This document shows, one piece after another, positions 22,491-36,315 of a stretch of DNA of 64,000 nucleotides. The translations under genes were made by a program, and so were the position numbers. Every line of letters starts with the position of its first letter. Within the stretch, counting starts at the first letter, position 1. The notes below the pieces were generated by a model, which made no database searches, was not told the DNA's origin, and saw only the letters and a program-made list of their open reading frames with translations. This DNA comes from Haliotis rufescens (lineage: Eukaryota): assembly GCF_023055435.1 (NCBI RefSeq), contig NW_025964301.1, forward strand, positions 1,550,001 to 1,614,000, written 5' to 3'.

Positions 22491-23163
22491 CAAGGCCATC
22501 CCTTTTTGTTTTTGATAAAACAATCTTTTGTTCTGAAGTAAATTAGATTCTATAAATTTTATGGATGATTTCCGCTTCACACACAAATACAAATACATGT
22601 ACAAAGAAGCTCGAAATTAATATTCCGAACACCAAACCTTTCAGCAACACAAGGGAGCTAACTCATCTGACCTTATTTTAGCTGGTGACTCTGAAACGGG
22701 AAATGCATGCCACAGGGCAACGATAACCTTCTTGTTATTTCTGGCATAATTAATATGCCATTTATCATATGTCAGCTTGACTTGTCACGGAGTCCCCAGA
22801 GAAGGAAACATTTCTACGCATGTTGTTCAGCTCGATATTCTTATAACACGTAGTTATGCGTCCTCTCTTCATGCTGTTTTGACGAGCAAAGCATTAGTAT
22901 TTCCAGTTACAACATTCTCTAAAACAAACCAACATTCAAAGATTCTCACAGAAGAAGAACTTAATTCATTTTCTATATATTCAATACACATTGGTTGTAT
23001 TCATATAATGTTACGATGTGTATCGGTTTCCAAAGAAATGATATTTCCAACAAATAATTATTTTGCGATTTGTGATTTAACAGAAACATCTGGTTTCAAA
23101 CACATATGAATATAATCAAGATTTAATCAGATTTCTTTCATGTCGAGAGGGTGAACTACTATG

Positions 23164-26100
23164 GTGACGTCACTGTGGTGGGAAGGGGCTAGTGGGGTGA
23201 TGTCACTTTGGTGGGAAGGGGGCTAGTCGGGTGATGTCACTGTGGTGGGAAGGTTGGTGTCACTGTGGTGGGAAGGGGGCTAGTGGGGTGATGTCACTGT
23301 GGTGGGAAGGTTGGTGTCACTGTGGTGTGAAGGAGGATAGTGGGGTGATGTTACTGTGGTGGGAAGGAGGTTAGTGGGGTGATGTCACTGTGGTGGGAAG
23401 GGGGCTAGTAGGGTGATGTCACTGTGGTGGGAAGGTTGGTGTCACTGTGGTGGGAAGGGGGCTAGTGGGGTGATGTTACTGTGGTGTGAAGGAGGTTAGT
23501 GGGGTGATGTTACTGTGGTGGGAAGGGGGCTAGTGGGGTGATGTCACTGTGTAGGAAGGGGTCTAGTGGAGTGATGTCACTGTGGTGGGAATTGGGCTAG
23601 TGGGGTGATGTCACTGTGGTGGGAAAGTTGGTGTCACTGTGGTGTGAAGGAGGATAGTGGGGTGATGTTACTGTGTAGGAAGGGGTCTAGTGGGGTGATG
23701 TCACTGTGTAGGAAGGGGGCTAGTGGGGTGATGTCACTGTGGTGGGTAGGAGGCTAGTGGGGTGATGCCACTGTGTAGGAAGGGGTCTAGTGGGGTGATG
23801 TCACTGTGGTGGGAATTGGGCTAGTGGGGTGATGTCACTGTGGTGGGAAGGTTGGTGTCACTGTGGTGGGAAGGAGGATAGTGGGGTGATGTTACTGTGG
23901 TGGGAAGGAGGTTAGTGGGGTGATGTCAGTGTGGTGGGAAGGGGGCTAGTAGGGTGATGTCACTGTGGTGGGAAGGTTGGTGTCACTGCGGTGGGAAGGG
24001 GGCTAGTGGGGTGATGTTACTGTGGTGTGAAGGAGGTTAGTGGGGTGATGTCACTGTGTAGGAAGGGATCTAGTGGGGTGATGTCACTGTGGTGGGAATT
24101 GGGCTAGTGGGGTGATGTCACTGTGGTGGGAAAGTTGGTGTCACTGTGGTGTGAAGGAGGATAGTGGGGTGAAGTCACTGTGTAGGAAGGGGTCTAGTGG
24201 GGTGATGTCACTGTTGTTGGAATTGGGCTAGTGGGATGATGTCAGTGTGGTGGGAAGGGGCCTTGTGGTGTGATGTCACTGTGGTGGGAAGGGGGCTTGT
24301 GGGTTGATGTCACTGTGGTGGGAAGGGTGATGTCAGTGTGGTGGGAAGGGGGCTTGTGGGGTGATATCAGTGTGGTGGGAAGGAGGCTAGTGGGGTGATG
24401 TCAGTGTGGTGGGAAGGGGGCTAGTGGGGTTATGGCAGTGTGGTGGGAAGGAGGCTAGTATGACGATGTCAGTGTGGTGGGAAGGAGGCTAGTTGGGTGA
24501 TGTCACTGTGGTGGGAAGGAGGCTAGTAAGATGATGTCAGTGTGGTGGGAAGGGTGATGTCACTGTGGTGGGAAGGGTGATGTCACTGTGGTGGGAAGGG
24601 GGCTTGTGGGGTGATATCAGTGTGGTGGGAAGGAGGCTAGTGGGGTGATGTCAGTGTGGTGGGAAGGGGGCTAGTGGGGTTATGGCAGTGTGGTGGGAAG
24701 GAGGCTAGTATGACGATGTCAGTGTGGTGGGAAGGAGGCTAGTGGGGTGATGTCACCATGGTGGGAAGGAGGCTAGTAGGATGATGTCAGTGTGGTGGGA
24801 AGGGGGCTTGTGGTGTGATGTCACTGTGGTGGGAAGGGGCTAGTTGGGTGATGTCACTGTGGTGGGAAGGAGGCTAGTAGGATGATGTCAGTGTGGTGGG
24901 AAGGGGGCTAGTGGGATGATGTCAGTGCGGTTGGAAGGGGGCTAGTTGGGTGATGTCAGTGTGGTGGGAAGGGTGATGTCACTGTGGTGGGAAGGGGGCT
25001 ATCGGGGTGATGTCACTGTGGTGGGAAGGGTGATGTCACTGTGGTGGGAAGGGTGATGTCAGTGCGGTGGGAAGGGGGCTTGTGGGGTGATGTCAGTGTG
25101 GTGGGAAGGAGGCTAGTGGGGTGATGTCACTGTGGTGGGAAGGGGGCTTGTGGGGTGATGTCACTGTGGTGGGAAGGAGGCTAGTAGGATGATGTCAGTG
25201 TGGTAGGAAGGGGCTTGTGGGGTGATGTCAGTGTGTTGGGAAGGAGGCTAGTGGGGTGATGTCACTGTGGTGGGAAGGGGCCTTGTGGTGTGATGTCACT
25301 GTGGTGGGAAGGGGGCTTGTGGGGTGATGTCACTGTGGTGGGAAGGAGGCTAGTAGGATGATGTCAGTGTGGTGGGAAGGAGGCTTGTGGGGTGATGTCA
25401 GTGTGGTGGGAACGAGGCTATTGGGGTTATGTCAGTGTAGTGGGAAGGGGGCTTGTGGGGTGATGTCACTGTGGTGGGAAGGAGGCTAGTAGGATGATGT
25501 CAGTGTGGTGGGAAGGGGCTTGTGGGGTGATGTCAGTGTGGTGGGAACGAGGCTAGTGGGGTGATGTCAGTGTGGTTGGAAGGGGGCTTGTGGGGTGATG
25601 TCAGTGTGGTGGGAACGAGGCTAGTGGGGTGATGTCACTGTGGTGGGAAGGGGGCTTGTGGGGTGATATCAGTGTGGTGGGAATGCGGCTAGTGGGGTGA
25701 TGTCAGTGTGGTGGGAAGGGGGCTAGTGTGGTTATGTCAGTGTGGTGGGAAGGAGGCTAGTATGACGATGTCAGTGTGGTGGGAAGGAGGCTAGTGGGGT
25801 GATGTCACTGTGGAGGGAAGGGTGATGTCACTGGTGGGAAGGGGGCTTGTGGTGTGATGTCACTGTGGTGGGAAGGGGCTAGTTGGGTGATGTCACTGTG
25901 GTGGGAAGGAGGCTAGTAGGACGATGTCAGTGTGGTGGGAAGGAGGCTAGTGGGGTGATGTCAGTGTGGTGGGAAGGGTGATGTCACTGTGGTGGGAAGG
26001 GGGCTTGTGGTGTGATGTCACTGTGGTGGGAAGGAGGCTAGTGGGGTGATGTCAGTGTGGTGGGAAGGGGGCTAGTGGGGTTATGTCAGTGTGGTGGGAA

Positions 26101-27966
26101 GGAGGCTAGTATGACGATGTCAGTGTGGTGGGAAGGAGGCTAGTGGCGTGATGTCACTGTGGAGGGAAGGGTGATGTCACTGTGGTGGGAAGGGGGCTTG
26201 TGGTGTGATGTCACTGTGGTGGGAAGGGGGTTTGTGGTGTGATGTCACTGTGGTGGGAGGGAGGCTAGTTGGACGATGTCAGTGTGGTGGGAAGGAGGCT
26301 AGTAGGATGATGTCAGTGTGGTGGGAAGGGGGCTAGTAGGATAATGTCACTGTGGTGGGAAGGAGGCTAGTGGGGTGATGTCAGTGTAGTGGGAAGGGGG
26401 CTAGTGGGGTTATGTCACTGTGGTGGGAAGGAGGCTAGTATGACGATGTCAGTGTGGTGGGAAGGAGGCTAGTAGGACGATGTCAGTGTGGTGGGAAGGA
26501 GGCTAGTGGGGTGATGTCACTGTGGAGGGAAGGGTGATGTCACTGTGGTGGGAAGGGGCTAGTTGGGTGATGTCACTGTGGTGGGAAGGAGGCTAGTAGG
26601 ATGATGTCAGTGTGGTGGGAAGGGGGCTAGTAGGATGATGTCAGTGTGGTGGGAAGGAGGCTAGTGGGGTGATGTCAGTGTGGTGGGAAGGGGGCTAGTG
26701 GGGTTATGTCAGTGTGGTGGGAAGGAGGCTAGTATGACGATGTCAGTGTGGTGGGAAGGAGGCTAGTAGGACGATGTCAGTGTGGTGGGAAGGAGGCTAG
26801 TGGGGTGATGTCAGTGTGGTGGGAAGGGTGATGTCACTGTGGTGGGAAGGGGGCTTGTGGTGTGATGTCACTGTGGTGGGAAGGAGGCTAGTGGGGTGAT
26901 ATCAGTGTGGTGGGAAGGAGGCTAGTGGGGTGATGTCAGTGTGGTGGGAAGGGGGCTAGTGGGGTTATGTCAGTGTGGTGGGAAGGAGGCTAGTATGACG
27001 ATGTCAGTGTGGTGGGAAGGAGGCTAGTGGGGTGATGTCACTGTGGAGGGAAGGGTGATGTCACTGTGGTGGGAAGGGGGCTTGTGGTGTGATGTAACTG
27101 TGGTGGGAAGGGGCTAGTGGGGTGATATCACTGTGGTGGGAAGGAGGCTAGTTGGACGATGTCAGTGTGGTGGGAAGGAGGCTAGTGGGGTGATGTCACT
27201 GTGGTGGGAAGGGTGATGTCACTGTGGTGGGAAGGGGGCTAGCGGGGTGATGTCACTGTGGTGGGAAGGGGGGCTAGTGTGGTGATGTCACTGTTGTGGG
27301 AAGGGAGCTAGCAGGGTGATGTCACTGTGGTGGGAAGGGGCTAGTTGGGTGATGTCACTGTGGTGGGAAGGAGGCTAGTAGGATGATGTCAGTGTGGTGG
27401 GAAGGGGGCTAGTAGGATGATGTCACTGTGGTGGGAAGGAGGCTAGTGGGGTGATGTCAGTGTGGTGGGAAGGGGGCTAGTGGGGTTATGTCAGTGTAGT
27501 GGGAAGGAGGCTAGTATGACGATGTCACTGTGGTGGGAAGGGGGCTTGTGGTGTGATGTCACTGTGGTGGGAAGGGGCTAGTTGGGTGATGTCACTGTGG
27601 TGGGAAGGAGGCTAGTAGGACGATGTCAGTGTGGTGGGAAGGAGGCTAGTGGGGTGATGTCACTGTGGAGGGAAGGGTGATGTCACTGTGGTGGGAAGGG
27701 GCTAGTTGGGTGATGTCACTGTGGTGGGAAGGAGGCTAGTAGGATGATGTCAGTGTGGTGGGAAGGGGGCTAGTAGGATGATGTCAGTGCGGTGGGAAGG
27801 GGGCTAGTTGGGTGATGTCACTGTGGTGGGAAGGGTGATGTCACTGTGGTGGGAAGGGGGCTAGCGGGGTGATGTCACTGTGGTGGGAAGGGGGGCTAGT
27901 GTGGTGATGTCACTGTTGTGGGAAGGGAGCTAGCAGGGTGATGTCACTGTGGTGGGAAGGGGGCTT
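23164..27966. repeat. G-rich minisatellite (33-34-bp unit plus 23-bp short variant), ~4.8 kb
   Basis: tgatgtca(c/g)tgtggtgggaagg(a/g)ggctagtgggg repeated. Confidence 0.97.
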
Positions 27967-28599
27967 ATGGATGTTTAGCCGTCGCATTGAACTGTCAGAT
28001 GTATATAAAGGTTGACAAGTCAAAACTGTAAATTGCCATACTCTTTCAGAATTTGTAGAGGTGGATTTGTTGGAATCGCCATTTGGTATTTTTTCTCTCA
28101 AGAGTCGTTCATCACTGCAGTGAATTAATAAAGACTTCCCCGAGTAGCTGCCAGCTCCACCAGCAAGAGTTATAATCTGCACAGGTGGTGGGATTATCGA
28201 TATCCATTGTATCGCAGTTTCTGAACAACGCCAAGTCCAGCGAGACTAATTACATGGCCCTTTACGTCATACATAACCGGTAACAACGCGCTAGCCTGTC
28301 ATGGCAGCTGTAGAGTTATGTCCCTTGGTCGATAGTGTGTGTATCAATCCATGCCACCAGGGGGCAGTGACAGCCATGTTCGGATTAACACAAAACACTT
28401 GAATAGTAAGGCCATTTACGAGGATTGATTGATGAGGTTTACGCTTCACGTGAGAATTAGACACTACAAGATGTCATAGAGGCATAGCCAAAAAACCTGA
28501 GTCATTTGAACAAATTGTTTCGCTGTGACAAATCAGTGAAAGAAGCAGATAAATTGACAAACTTGGTGAACGTGCAGGGGTCAAGTACTTGTAGACTGT

Positions 28600-29490
28600 G
28601 GTAGTTGCAAGAACCTCCTGTGTCACCTTCAAACAGAGCTTGATTATCACGAGACATGTTTCTGGAGCGTTTTTGAACTGTGAGTGAGTGAGTTGGGTTT
28701 AACGCCGCTTTTAACAGTATTACAGTTATATCGCGGCGTGTCAGCTTAATGTGGGAGGAGAGCCCGAAGTGATGCAGGTCTCAGACGTTTACCACTTCGG
28801 TGAAACCCACGAGCACGGGTATGGTGCTGACAAGCCTAGAAACATAATCGGGGCGAATCGGGATACGAACCCACAATCATAGGTTTCTGGCGCGTCCCAA
28901 GGGACGCAACTCTGCACAGCGAATCGCGGCGCCTTAGACGACTGGGCCACCCGTGCCCCCGTTTTTGAACTGATGTCAGAAGCTTTCGGAATGGAACCCA
29001 AAGAGCTGATACCTTCTGTGCCAATGTTTCTGTGTGATGCAATGAACTCTCTCCAGGGAAATTCCTACCGAACTAGTAATATGACGCTCAGTCATTCGCC
29101 GGTCGGCCATCACAAAATCGTGGGGTCTCTGGATCTTTTCTAGTATTGCCGACGTCACATGTTTACCTTCCAGGCGGGGACTGGTCGGCTCGGAGTCAGT
29201 ATACTGTGTCTGAGTGCGGTATTCATGTTAAACTGCGGCATGGTATCTCAGTAGGCTAGCACTATAAATCGGCATCAGTCCGGACTAGTACAAGCAGCCA
29301 CACAAACACACACACGTACATGCACGTCGCTATATAAGTGCAATAATCTTGGACCCAATTTCACCTCACATCTTTACGGTGGCATAGAAAGGGGCATGCT
29401 TCCCTGTATTGTATCCATCTTCATGGGTGGATTTTGGTGTAAAACCCTTTTTCTGAAAGTACTTGATCACTGCACGTTTCTCAAGTTTGA
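28600..29490 (-). mobile_element. Degenerate mariner transposase remnant interrupted by SINE A (28681-28960) and a SINE C fragment (~29177-29370)
   Basis: Minus-strand frames give KLEKRAVIKYFQK..APFYATVKM, HDFVMADRRMTERHITSSVGISLERVH, KVSALWVPFRKLLTSVQKR (WVP motif), with frameshifts. Confidence 0.82.
28681..28960 (-). mobile_element. SINE family A
   Basis: Full length, 12-bp TSD gtttttgaactg. Confidence 0.92.
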
Positions 29491-30124
29491 TCATTTTTCA
29501 AAGGTCCCATACCCCGGCTAGTTTGTCTTGTCACAGCGATACAAATGATTCTAATGAAACACATGGCTTTCGTTGGTGTATTAATTCTCCATTCAATTGT
29601 GAAGCACGGCACCACATACCTCTGTGAGAATGACAAGACTCTAATGATAGACTTCAAATAGACTTCTCTCCTCCGCCTTAGCACTCAGGAAACAAAATTT
29701 CCAGCTTAAAGTTCATTTCTAGCAGTCTTCTGGTTAAAGTATTTGATAAACATTTAGAAGTTGGGAGAACATGACTACATGACACTTTTTTTTATAGATG
29801 GCAACTCCTTTTATTCTTTGTCACCAGTGACACCAGTGACCAAGGAATAAAGAAGTTGCTTTCCATAAAAAGTGTCATGCATTCGTCTTAGTTAGATTAA
29901 ATATCAGGGTCACTCGGATGAGGCGGCGATTTTGAATTAGGTCTATGCCGAACTCGCGTCCAGGAGAGGATTTGATTGTCTGTTTGATTGTTGATTTCAC
30001 GAGCAAGGTTTTCTATGCCAAGTCAGTGATAAGAGAAATGGAGTTGGTGACGTCACTTCCGGAGCGAAGCTGTGTTGGCGAATGGGTCCGGGCTATAGCA
30101 TAATACATCTGAGATACGCCACTT

Positions 30125-30817
30125 GATAATGGAGGATGGACAGTGATAATGGAGGTTGGACATTGATAAACGAGGATAGACATTGATAATCGAGGATAGA
30201 CATTGGATAATCGAGGATGGATATTGGATAACGGAGGATGGACATTAGATAATGGAGGTTGGACATTAGATAATGGAGAATGAACATTGGATAATCGAGG
30301 ATGGATATTGGTTAACGGAGGATGGACATTGGATAATCGAGGATGGACACTGGTAATCGAGGATGGACACTGATAATCGAGGATGGACACTGATAATCGA
30401 GGATGGACATTGATAATCGAGGATGAACATTGGATAATCGAGGATGGACACTGATAATCGAGGATGGACACTGATAATCGAGGATGGACACTGATAATGG
30501 AGGATGGACACTGATAATCGAGGATGGACATTGGATAATCGAGGATGGACACTGACAATCGAGGATGGACATTGGATAATCGAGGATGGATATTGGATAA
30601 TCGAGGATGGACACTGATAATCGAGGATGGACACTGATAATCGAGGATGGACATTGGATAATCGAGGATGGACACTGATAATCGAGGATGGACACTGATA
30701 ATCGAGGATGGACATTGGATAATCGAGGATGGACATTGGATAATCGAGGATGGACACTGATAATCGAGGATGGACACTGATAATCGAGGATGGACATTGG
30801 ATAATCGAGGATGGACA
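30125..30817. repeat. 20/21-bp minisatellite, ~33 copies
   Basis: gataatcgaggatggacact / gataatcgaggatggacattg. Confidence 0.95.
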
Positions 30818-30908
30818 GCCAACATGTAACTCCATAATTGCAGCCTCGTTCAGCAAGGGTGGAAACTGGACTTTTATAGTCAGTTAACTCCCTTGCCTAG
30901 GGGAGATG
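30818..30908 (-). mobile_element. Single end of the Mutator-like MITE family seen at 49203
   Basis: gcaagggtggaaactggacttttatagtcagttaactcccttgcctaggggagatg matches the 49.2-kb TIR. Confidence 0.75.
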
Positions 30909-31215
30909 CTCCATCTACCACACAACGAAGGTGATGTTGCAATAACTTACAATAGTCGTAGTGTTAATTTCACTTACTTAAACGGGGATAATGAATTTTC
31001 ATGGGACATGTTTCTGTATTATCATGATTATCATTAAGAGGTGTCGTCTGTAGCTCGAGTACAAAATAATTATTAAATATAAATTATTTGGAATAATTTG
31101 GAAATATATTGCAAGACATAGTAAAGGATACTTCAGTAAAAGCCTGATAAAAAGCTCAACTACGTCCTTTGTAACTTTGGTTACCACGATGGCGTTGTTC
31201 GTGTTTTCTGTTACA

Positions 31216-31498
31216 GGGGGCACGGGTGGCCCAGTCGTCTAAGGCGCCGTGACTCGCTGTGCAGAGTTGCGTCCCTTGGGCACGCCAGAAACCTATGATT
31301 GTGGGTTCGAATCCCGGTTCCCCCGATTATATTTCTAGGTTTGTCAGCACCATACCCGTGCTCGTGGGTTTCACCGCAGTGGTGAACGTCTGAGACCTGC
31401 ATCACTTCGGGCTTTCCTCCCACATTAAGCTAGCACGCCGTGATATAACTGGAATAATGTTAAAAGCGGCGTTACACTCAACTCACTCACTCACTCAC
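31216..31498 (+). mobile_element. SINE family A
   Basis: Full length; TSD tttc(t/a)gttaca. Confidence 0.92.
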
Positions 31499-32440
31499 TT
31501 TCAGTTACATATTTGCCTGGTCCTGACTCAATTATTTACATGCAGTTGTGATCATGGTTACATGGGAACATGTCTGCTTGCAGCGTGAAACAACAGTCAG
31601 TCACCCCAGAGAAGTGCTGACTGGACCCATACCCCGTCAAGATCAGAGGTCACAGATGATCATTTCATCAAAACGTGTAATTTGATATATAGTTGAAGTA
31701 AGAAGTTGATGGACTGCTTCAATGCAATATGAACCCTGTATAGAAATAAAGAAAGGGTTCATTGATGGAAGTTTCGGACCATTTCAACAAACTTTACAGC
31801 ATGGAACTTAGAAATGAGATATTCTTTGAAAATATGGTTTTACTCCAAATCCTGTGCTTAAAACTCCCAGTGGAATCTGCCATAGCTATATATGAGTATT
31901 AATTCTGATAAATGTCTGGTTCCAAGACGTGAACAATCCTCTCGTGGTTACTTCTATTGAAAATCAAGGAGTCTGGATAGCATAGAACATCAATGGTGGT
32001 TCATTACTAACGTGAGAATGCGATAAATTACAACGATGGCCTGAGGTCACATTTATCAAATCACTCAAGATTAAAGAGGTATAGTCTAAATCCTGTGGGA
32101 GGGGGGAAGCTGTGTGTGTATGTGGGGTGGGGTAGGAAGGTCAGTGCAAAGTACTGGGGCGTCCCAGAAGACGGGGTGTCGCCCCGGGTTCCTGTTAGGG
32201 TGGCTGACAAAGCCTGACCCTACAAGCGCTTGTATTCCGATCTGAGCTTTTTGATGAACTTAAGATGTCTTTCATGGTGCCGTGTTGTCTAAGTTGTCTA
32301 AGGCGCCGCAATTCGCTGTGCAGAGTTGCGTCCCTTGGGCACGCTAGAAACCTATGATTGTGGGTTCGAATCCCGGTTCGCCTCGATTATGTTTCTAGGT
32401 TTGTCAGCACCATACCCATGCTTGTGGGTATGATGGAGGA

Positions 32441-35400
32441 TCATCAGAGTTGCCCCTTATTGTATAGCCGGCGTCAAAGTTGCCCCATGTTGTATAGCCA
32501 GCATCAGAGTTGCCCCATGTTGTATAGCCAGCATCAGAGTTGCCCCATGTTGTATAGCCGGCGTCAAAGTTGCCACATGTTGCAAAGTCAGCATCAGAGT
32601 TGCCCCATGTTGTATAGCCAGCATCAGAGTTGCCCATGTTGTATAACCGGCATCAGAGTTGCCCCATGTTGTATATCCAGCATCAGAGTTGCCCCATGTT
32701 GTGTAGCCAGCATCAGAGTTGCCCCATGTTGTATAGCCAGCATCAGAGTTCCCCTATGTTGTATAGCAGGCGTCAAAGTTGCCCCATGTTGTTTAGCCAG
32801 CATCAGAGTTGCCCCACGTTGTATAGCCAGCATCAGAGTTGCCCCATGTTGTATAGCCGGCGTCAAAGTTGCCCCATGTTGTGTAGCCAGCATCAGAGTT
32901 GCACCATGTTGTGTAGCCAGCATCAGAGTTGCCCCATGTTGTATAGCCGGCATCAGAGTTGCCCCATGTTGTATAGCCAGCATCAGAGTTGCCCCATGTT
33001 GTAAAGCCAGCATCAGAGTTGCACCATGTTGTGTAGCCAGCATCAGAGTTGCCCCATGTTGTATAGCCGGCATCAGAGTTGCCCTGTGTTGTATAGCCAG
33101 CATCAGAGTTGCCCCATGTTGTACAGCCGTCATCAGAGTTGTCCCATGTTGTATAGCCAGCATCAGAGTTGCCCCATGTTGTATAGCCAGCATCAGAGTT
33201 ACCCCATGTTGTACAGCCGGCATCAGAGTTGCCCCATGTTGTATAGCCGGCATCAGAGTTGCCCCATGTTGTATAGCCAGCATCAGAGTTGCCCCATGTT
33301 GTATAGCCAGCATCAGAGTTGCCCCACGTTGTACAGCCAGCATCAGAGTTGCCCCATGTTGTACAGCCAGCATCAGAGTTGCCCCATGTTGTATAGCCAG
33401 CATCAGAGTTGCCCCATGTTGTATAGCCGGCATCAGAGTTGCCCCATGTTGTACAGCCAGCATCAGAGTTGCCCCATGTTGTATAGCCAGCATCAGAGTT
33501 GCCCCATGTTGTATAGCCAGCATCAGAGTTGTCCCATGTTGTATAGCCAGCATCAGAGTTGCCCCATGTTGTATAGCCAGCATCAGAGTTGCCCCATGTT
33601 GTATAGCCAGCATCAGAGTTGCCCCATGTTGTATAGCCGGCGTCAAAGTTGCCACATGTTGCAAAGTCAGCATCAGAGTTGCCCCATGTTGTATAGCCAG
33701 CATCAGAGTTGCCCATGTTGTATAACCGGCATCAGAGTTGCCCCATGTTGTATATCCAGCATCAGAGTTGCCCCATGTTGTGTAGCCAGCATCAGAGTTG
33801 CCCCATGTTGTATAGCCAGCATCAGAGTTCCCCTATGTTGTATAGCAGGCGTCAAAGTTGCCCCATGTTGTTTAGCCAGCATCAGAGTTGCCCCACGTTG
33901 TATAGCCAGCATCAGAGTTGCCCCATGTTGTATAGCAGGCGTCAAAGTTGCCCCATGTTGTGTAGCCAGCATCAGAGTTGCACCATGTTGTGTAGCCAGC
34001 ATCAGAGTTGCCCCATGTTGTATAGCCAGCATCAGAGTTGCCCCATATTGTATAGCCAGCATCAGAGTTGCCCCATGTTGTATAGCCGGCATCAGAGTTG
34101 CCCCATGTTGTATAGCCAGCATCAGAGTTCCCCTTTGTTGTATAGCCGGCATCAGAGTTGCCCCATGTTGTACAGCCGTCATCAGAGTTGTCCCATGTTG
34201 TATAGCCAGCATCAGAGTTGCCCCATGTTGTATAGCCAGCATCAGAGTTACCCCATGTTGTACAGCCAGCATCAGAGTTGCCCTGTGTTGTATAGCCAGC
34301 ATCAGAGTTGCCCCATGTTGTATAGCCGGCATCAGAGTTTCCCTGTGTTGTATAGCCAGCATCAGAGTTGCCCCATGTTGTACAGCCGTCATCAGAGTTG
34401 TCCCATGTTGTATAGCCAGCATCAGAGTTGCCCCATGTTGTATAGCCAGCATCAGAGTTACCCCATGTTGTACAGCCAGCATCAGAGTTGCCCCATGTTG
34501 TATAGCCAGCATCAGAGTTGCCCCATGTTGTATAGCCAGCATCAGAGTTGCCCCATGTTGTATAGCCAGCATCAGAGTTGCCCCATGTTGTACAGCCAGC
34601 ATCAGAGTTGCCCCATGTTGTATAGCCGGCATCAGAGTTGCCCCATGTTGTATAGCCAGCATCAGAGTTGCCCCATGTTGTATAGCCAGCATCAGAGTTA
34701 CCCCATGTTGTACAGCCAGCATCAGAGTTGCCCCATGTTGTATAGCCGGCATCAGAGTTGCCCCATGTTGTATAGCCGGCATCAGAGTTGCCCCATGTTG
34801 TATAGCCAGCATCAGAGTTGCCCCATGTTGTATAGCCAGCATCAGAGTTGTCCCATGTTGTATAGCCAGCATCAGAGTTGCCCCATGTTGTATAGCCAGC
34901 ATCAGAGTTACCCCATGTTGTACAGCCAGCATCAGAGTTGCCCCATGTTGTATAGCCGGCATCAGAGTTGCCCCATGTTGTATAGCCAGCATCAGAGTTG
35001 CCCCATGTTGTATAGCCAGCATCAGAGTTGCCCCATGTTGTATAGCCAGCATCAGAGTTGCCCCATGTTGTACAGCCGGCATCAGAGTTGCCCCATGTTG
35101 TATAGCCAGCATCAGAGTTGCCCCATGTTGTATAGCCAGCATCAGAGTTGCCCCATGTTGTATAGCCAGCATCAGAGTTGCCCATGTTGTATAGCCAGCA
35201 TCAGAGTTGCCCCATGTTGTATAGCCAGCATCAGAGTTGCCCCATGTTGTATAGCCAGCATCAGAGTTGCCCCATGTTGTATAGCCGGCATCAGAGTTGC
35301 CCCATGTTGTACAGCCGGCATCAGAGTTGCCCCATGTTGTATAGCCAGCATCAGAGTTGCCCCATGTTGTATAGCCAACATCAGAGTTGCCCCATGTTGT

Positions 35401-35722
35401 ATAGCCAGCATCAGAGTTGCCCATGTTGTATAGCCAGTATCAGAGTTGTCCCATGTTGTATAGCCAGCATCAGAGTTGCCCATGTTGTAAAGCCAACATC
35501 AGAGTTGCCCCATGTTGTATAGACGGTATCAGAGTTGCCCCATGTTGTATAGCCAACATCAGAGTTGCCCATGTTGTATAGCCAGCATCAGAGTTGCCCC
35601 ATGTTGTATAGCCAGCATCAGAGTTGCCCCATGTTGTATAGCCGGCATCAGAGTTGCCCATGTTGTATAGCCAACATCAGAGTTGCCCCATGTTGTATAG
35701 CCGGCATCAGAGTTGTCCCATG
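32441..35722. repeat. 30-bp minisatellite, ~109 copies
   Basis: catcagagttgccccatgttgtatagccag; occasional 29-bp units shift the spurious ORFs. Confidence 0.97.
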
Positions 35723-36315
35723 CATGGTTGTTGTATCTGGCCTTGGCACTATGTTGTACAACCAGGTTCTCGCTATCGATTTGCCCTACAACTGATTTGA
35801 TCATATGGCCCTTTAACTGCTTCACAATGACTTGGTCACACAAAGCCGAGTGTCAGTCCCCAGCAGGTGCTTGTTCCACTGCAAACAATTCCATTGGTGG
35901 ACTGCCATTCAAAGTCAGTGTGTGATGGGGGAGGGTGAAGAAGCGGAGATTGGGGAACGACCATTTGATATTAATTTTCTCTATGTATGTGTGTGGTGTG
36001 TGGTGTGGCATGGCGTGTGTCTAAATGCTTCATCAGCGATCTATTGTCTAAATACTGCATCGGAGGTCTCTCAGACAAGAAAAATACTGCATCAGCGATC
36101 TAAATGCATATATCTAAATACTACATCAGAAATATAACAGCGAGTATAAATTCTGAAACAACGATCCACCAGTATAGACCAGTCTCTCAGACAGTCTAAA
36201 CACTGCATCAACAAGCATAGGTCACTGGGGATCTATTCTGCCCTGGAATCTCCACAGGGAGACAAGTATAAGGTACTGGGGACATCTCTGCCCCAGAATC
36301 CTTCAGGTGTTTCAA

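Noticed and set aside
20509-22604. Long repetitive ORFs (446-610 aa)
   Set aside because: A 48-bp unit open in many frames on both strands, with frameshifting 47-bp units; minisatellite artefact.
32358-35522. ORFs up to 722 aa; superficially CRISPR-like regularity
   Set aside because: A 30-bp tandem unit with no spacers and frameshifting units; non-coding.
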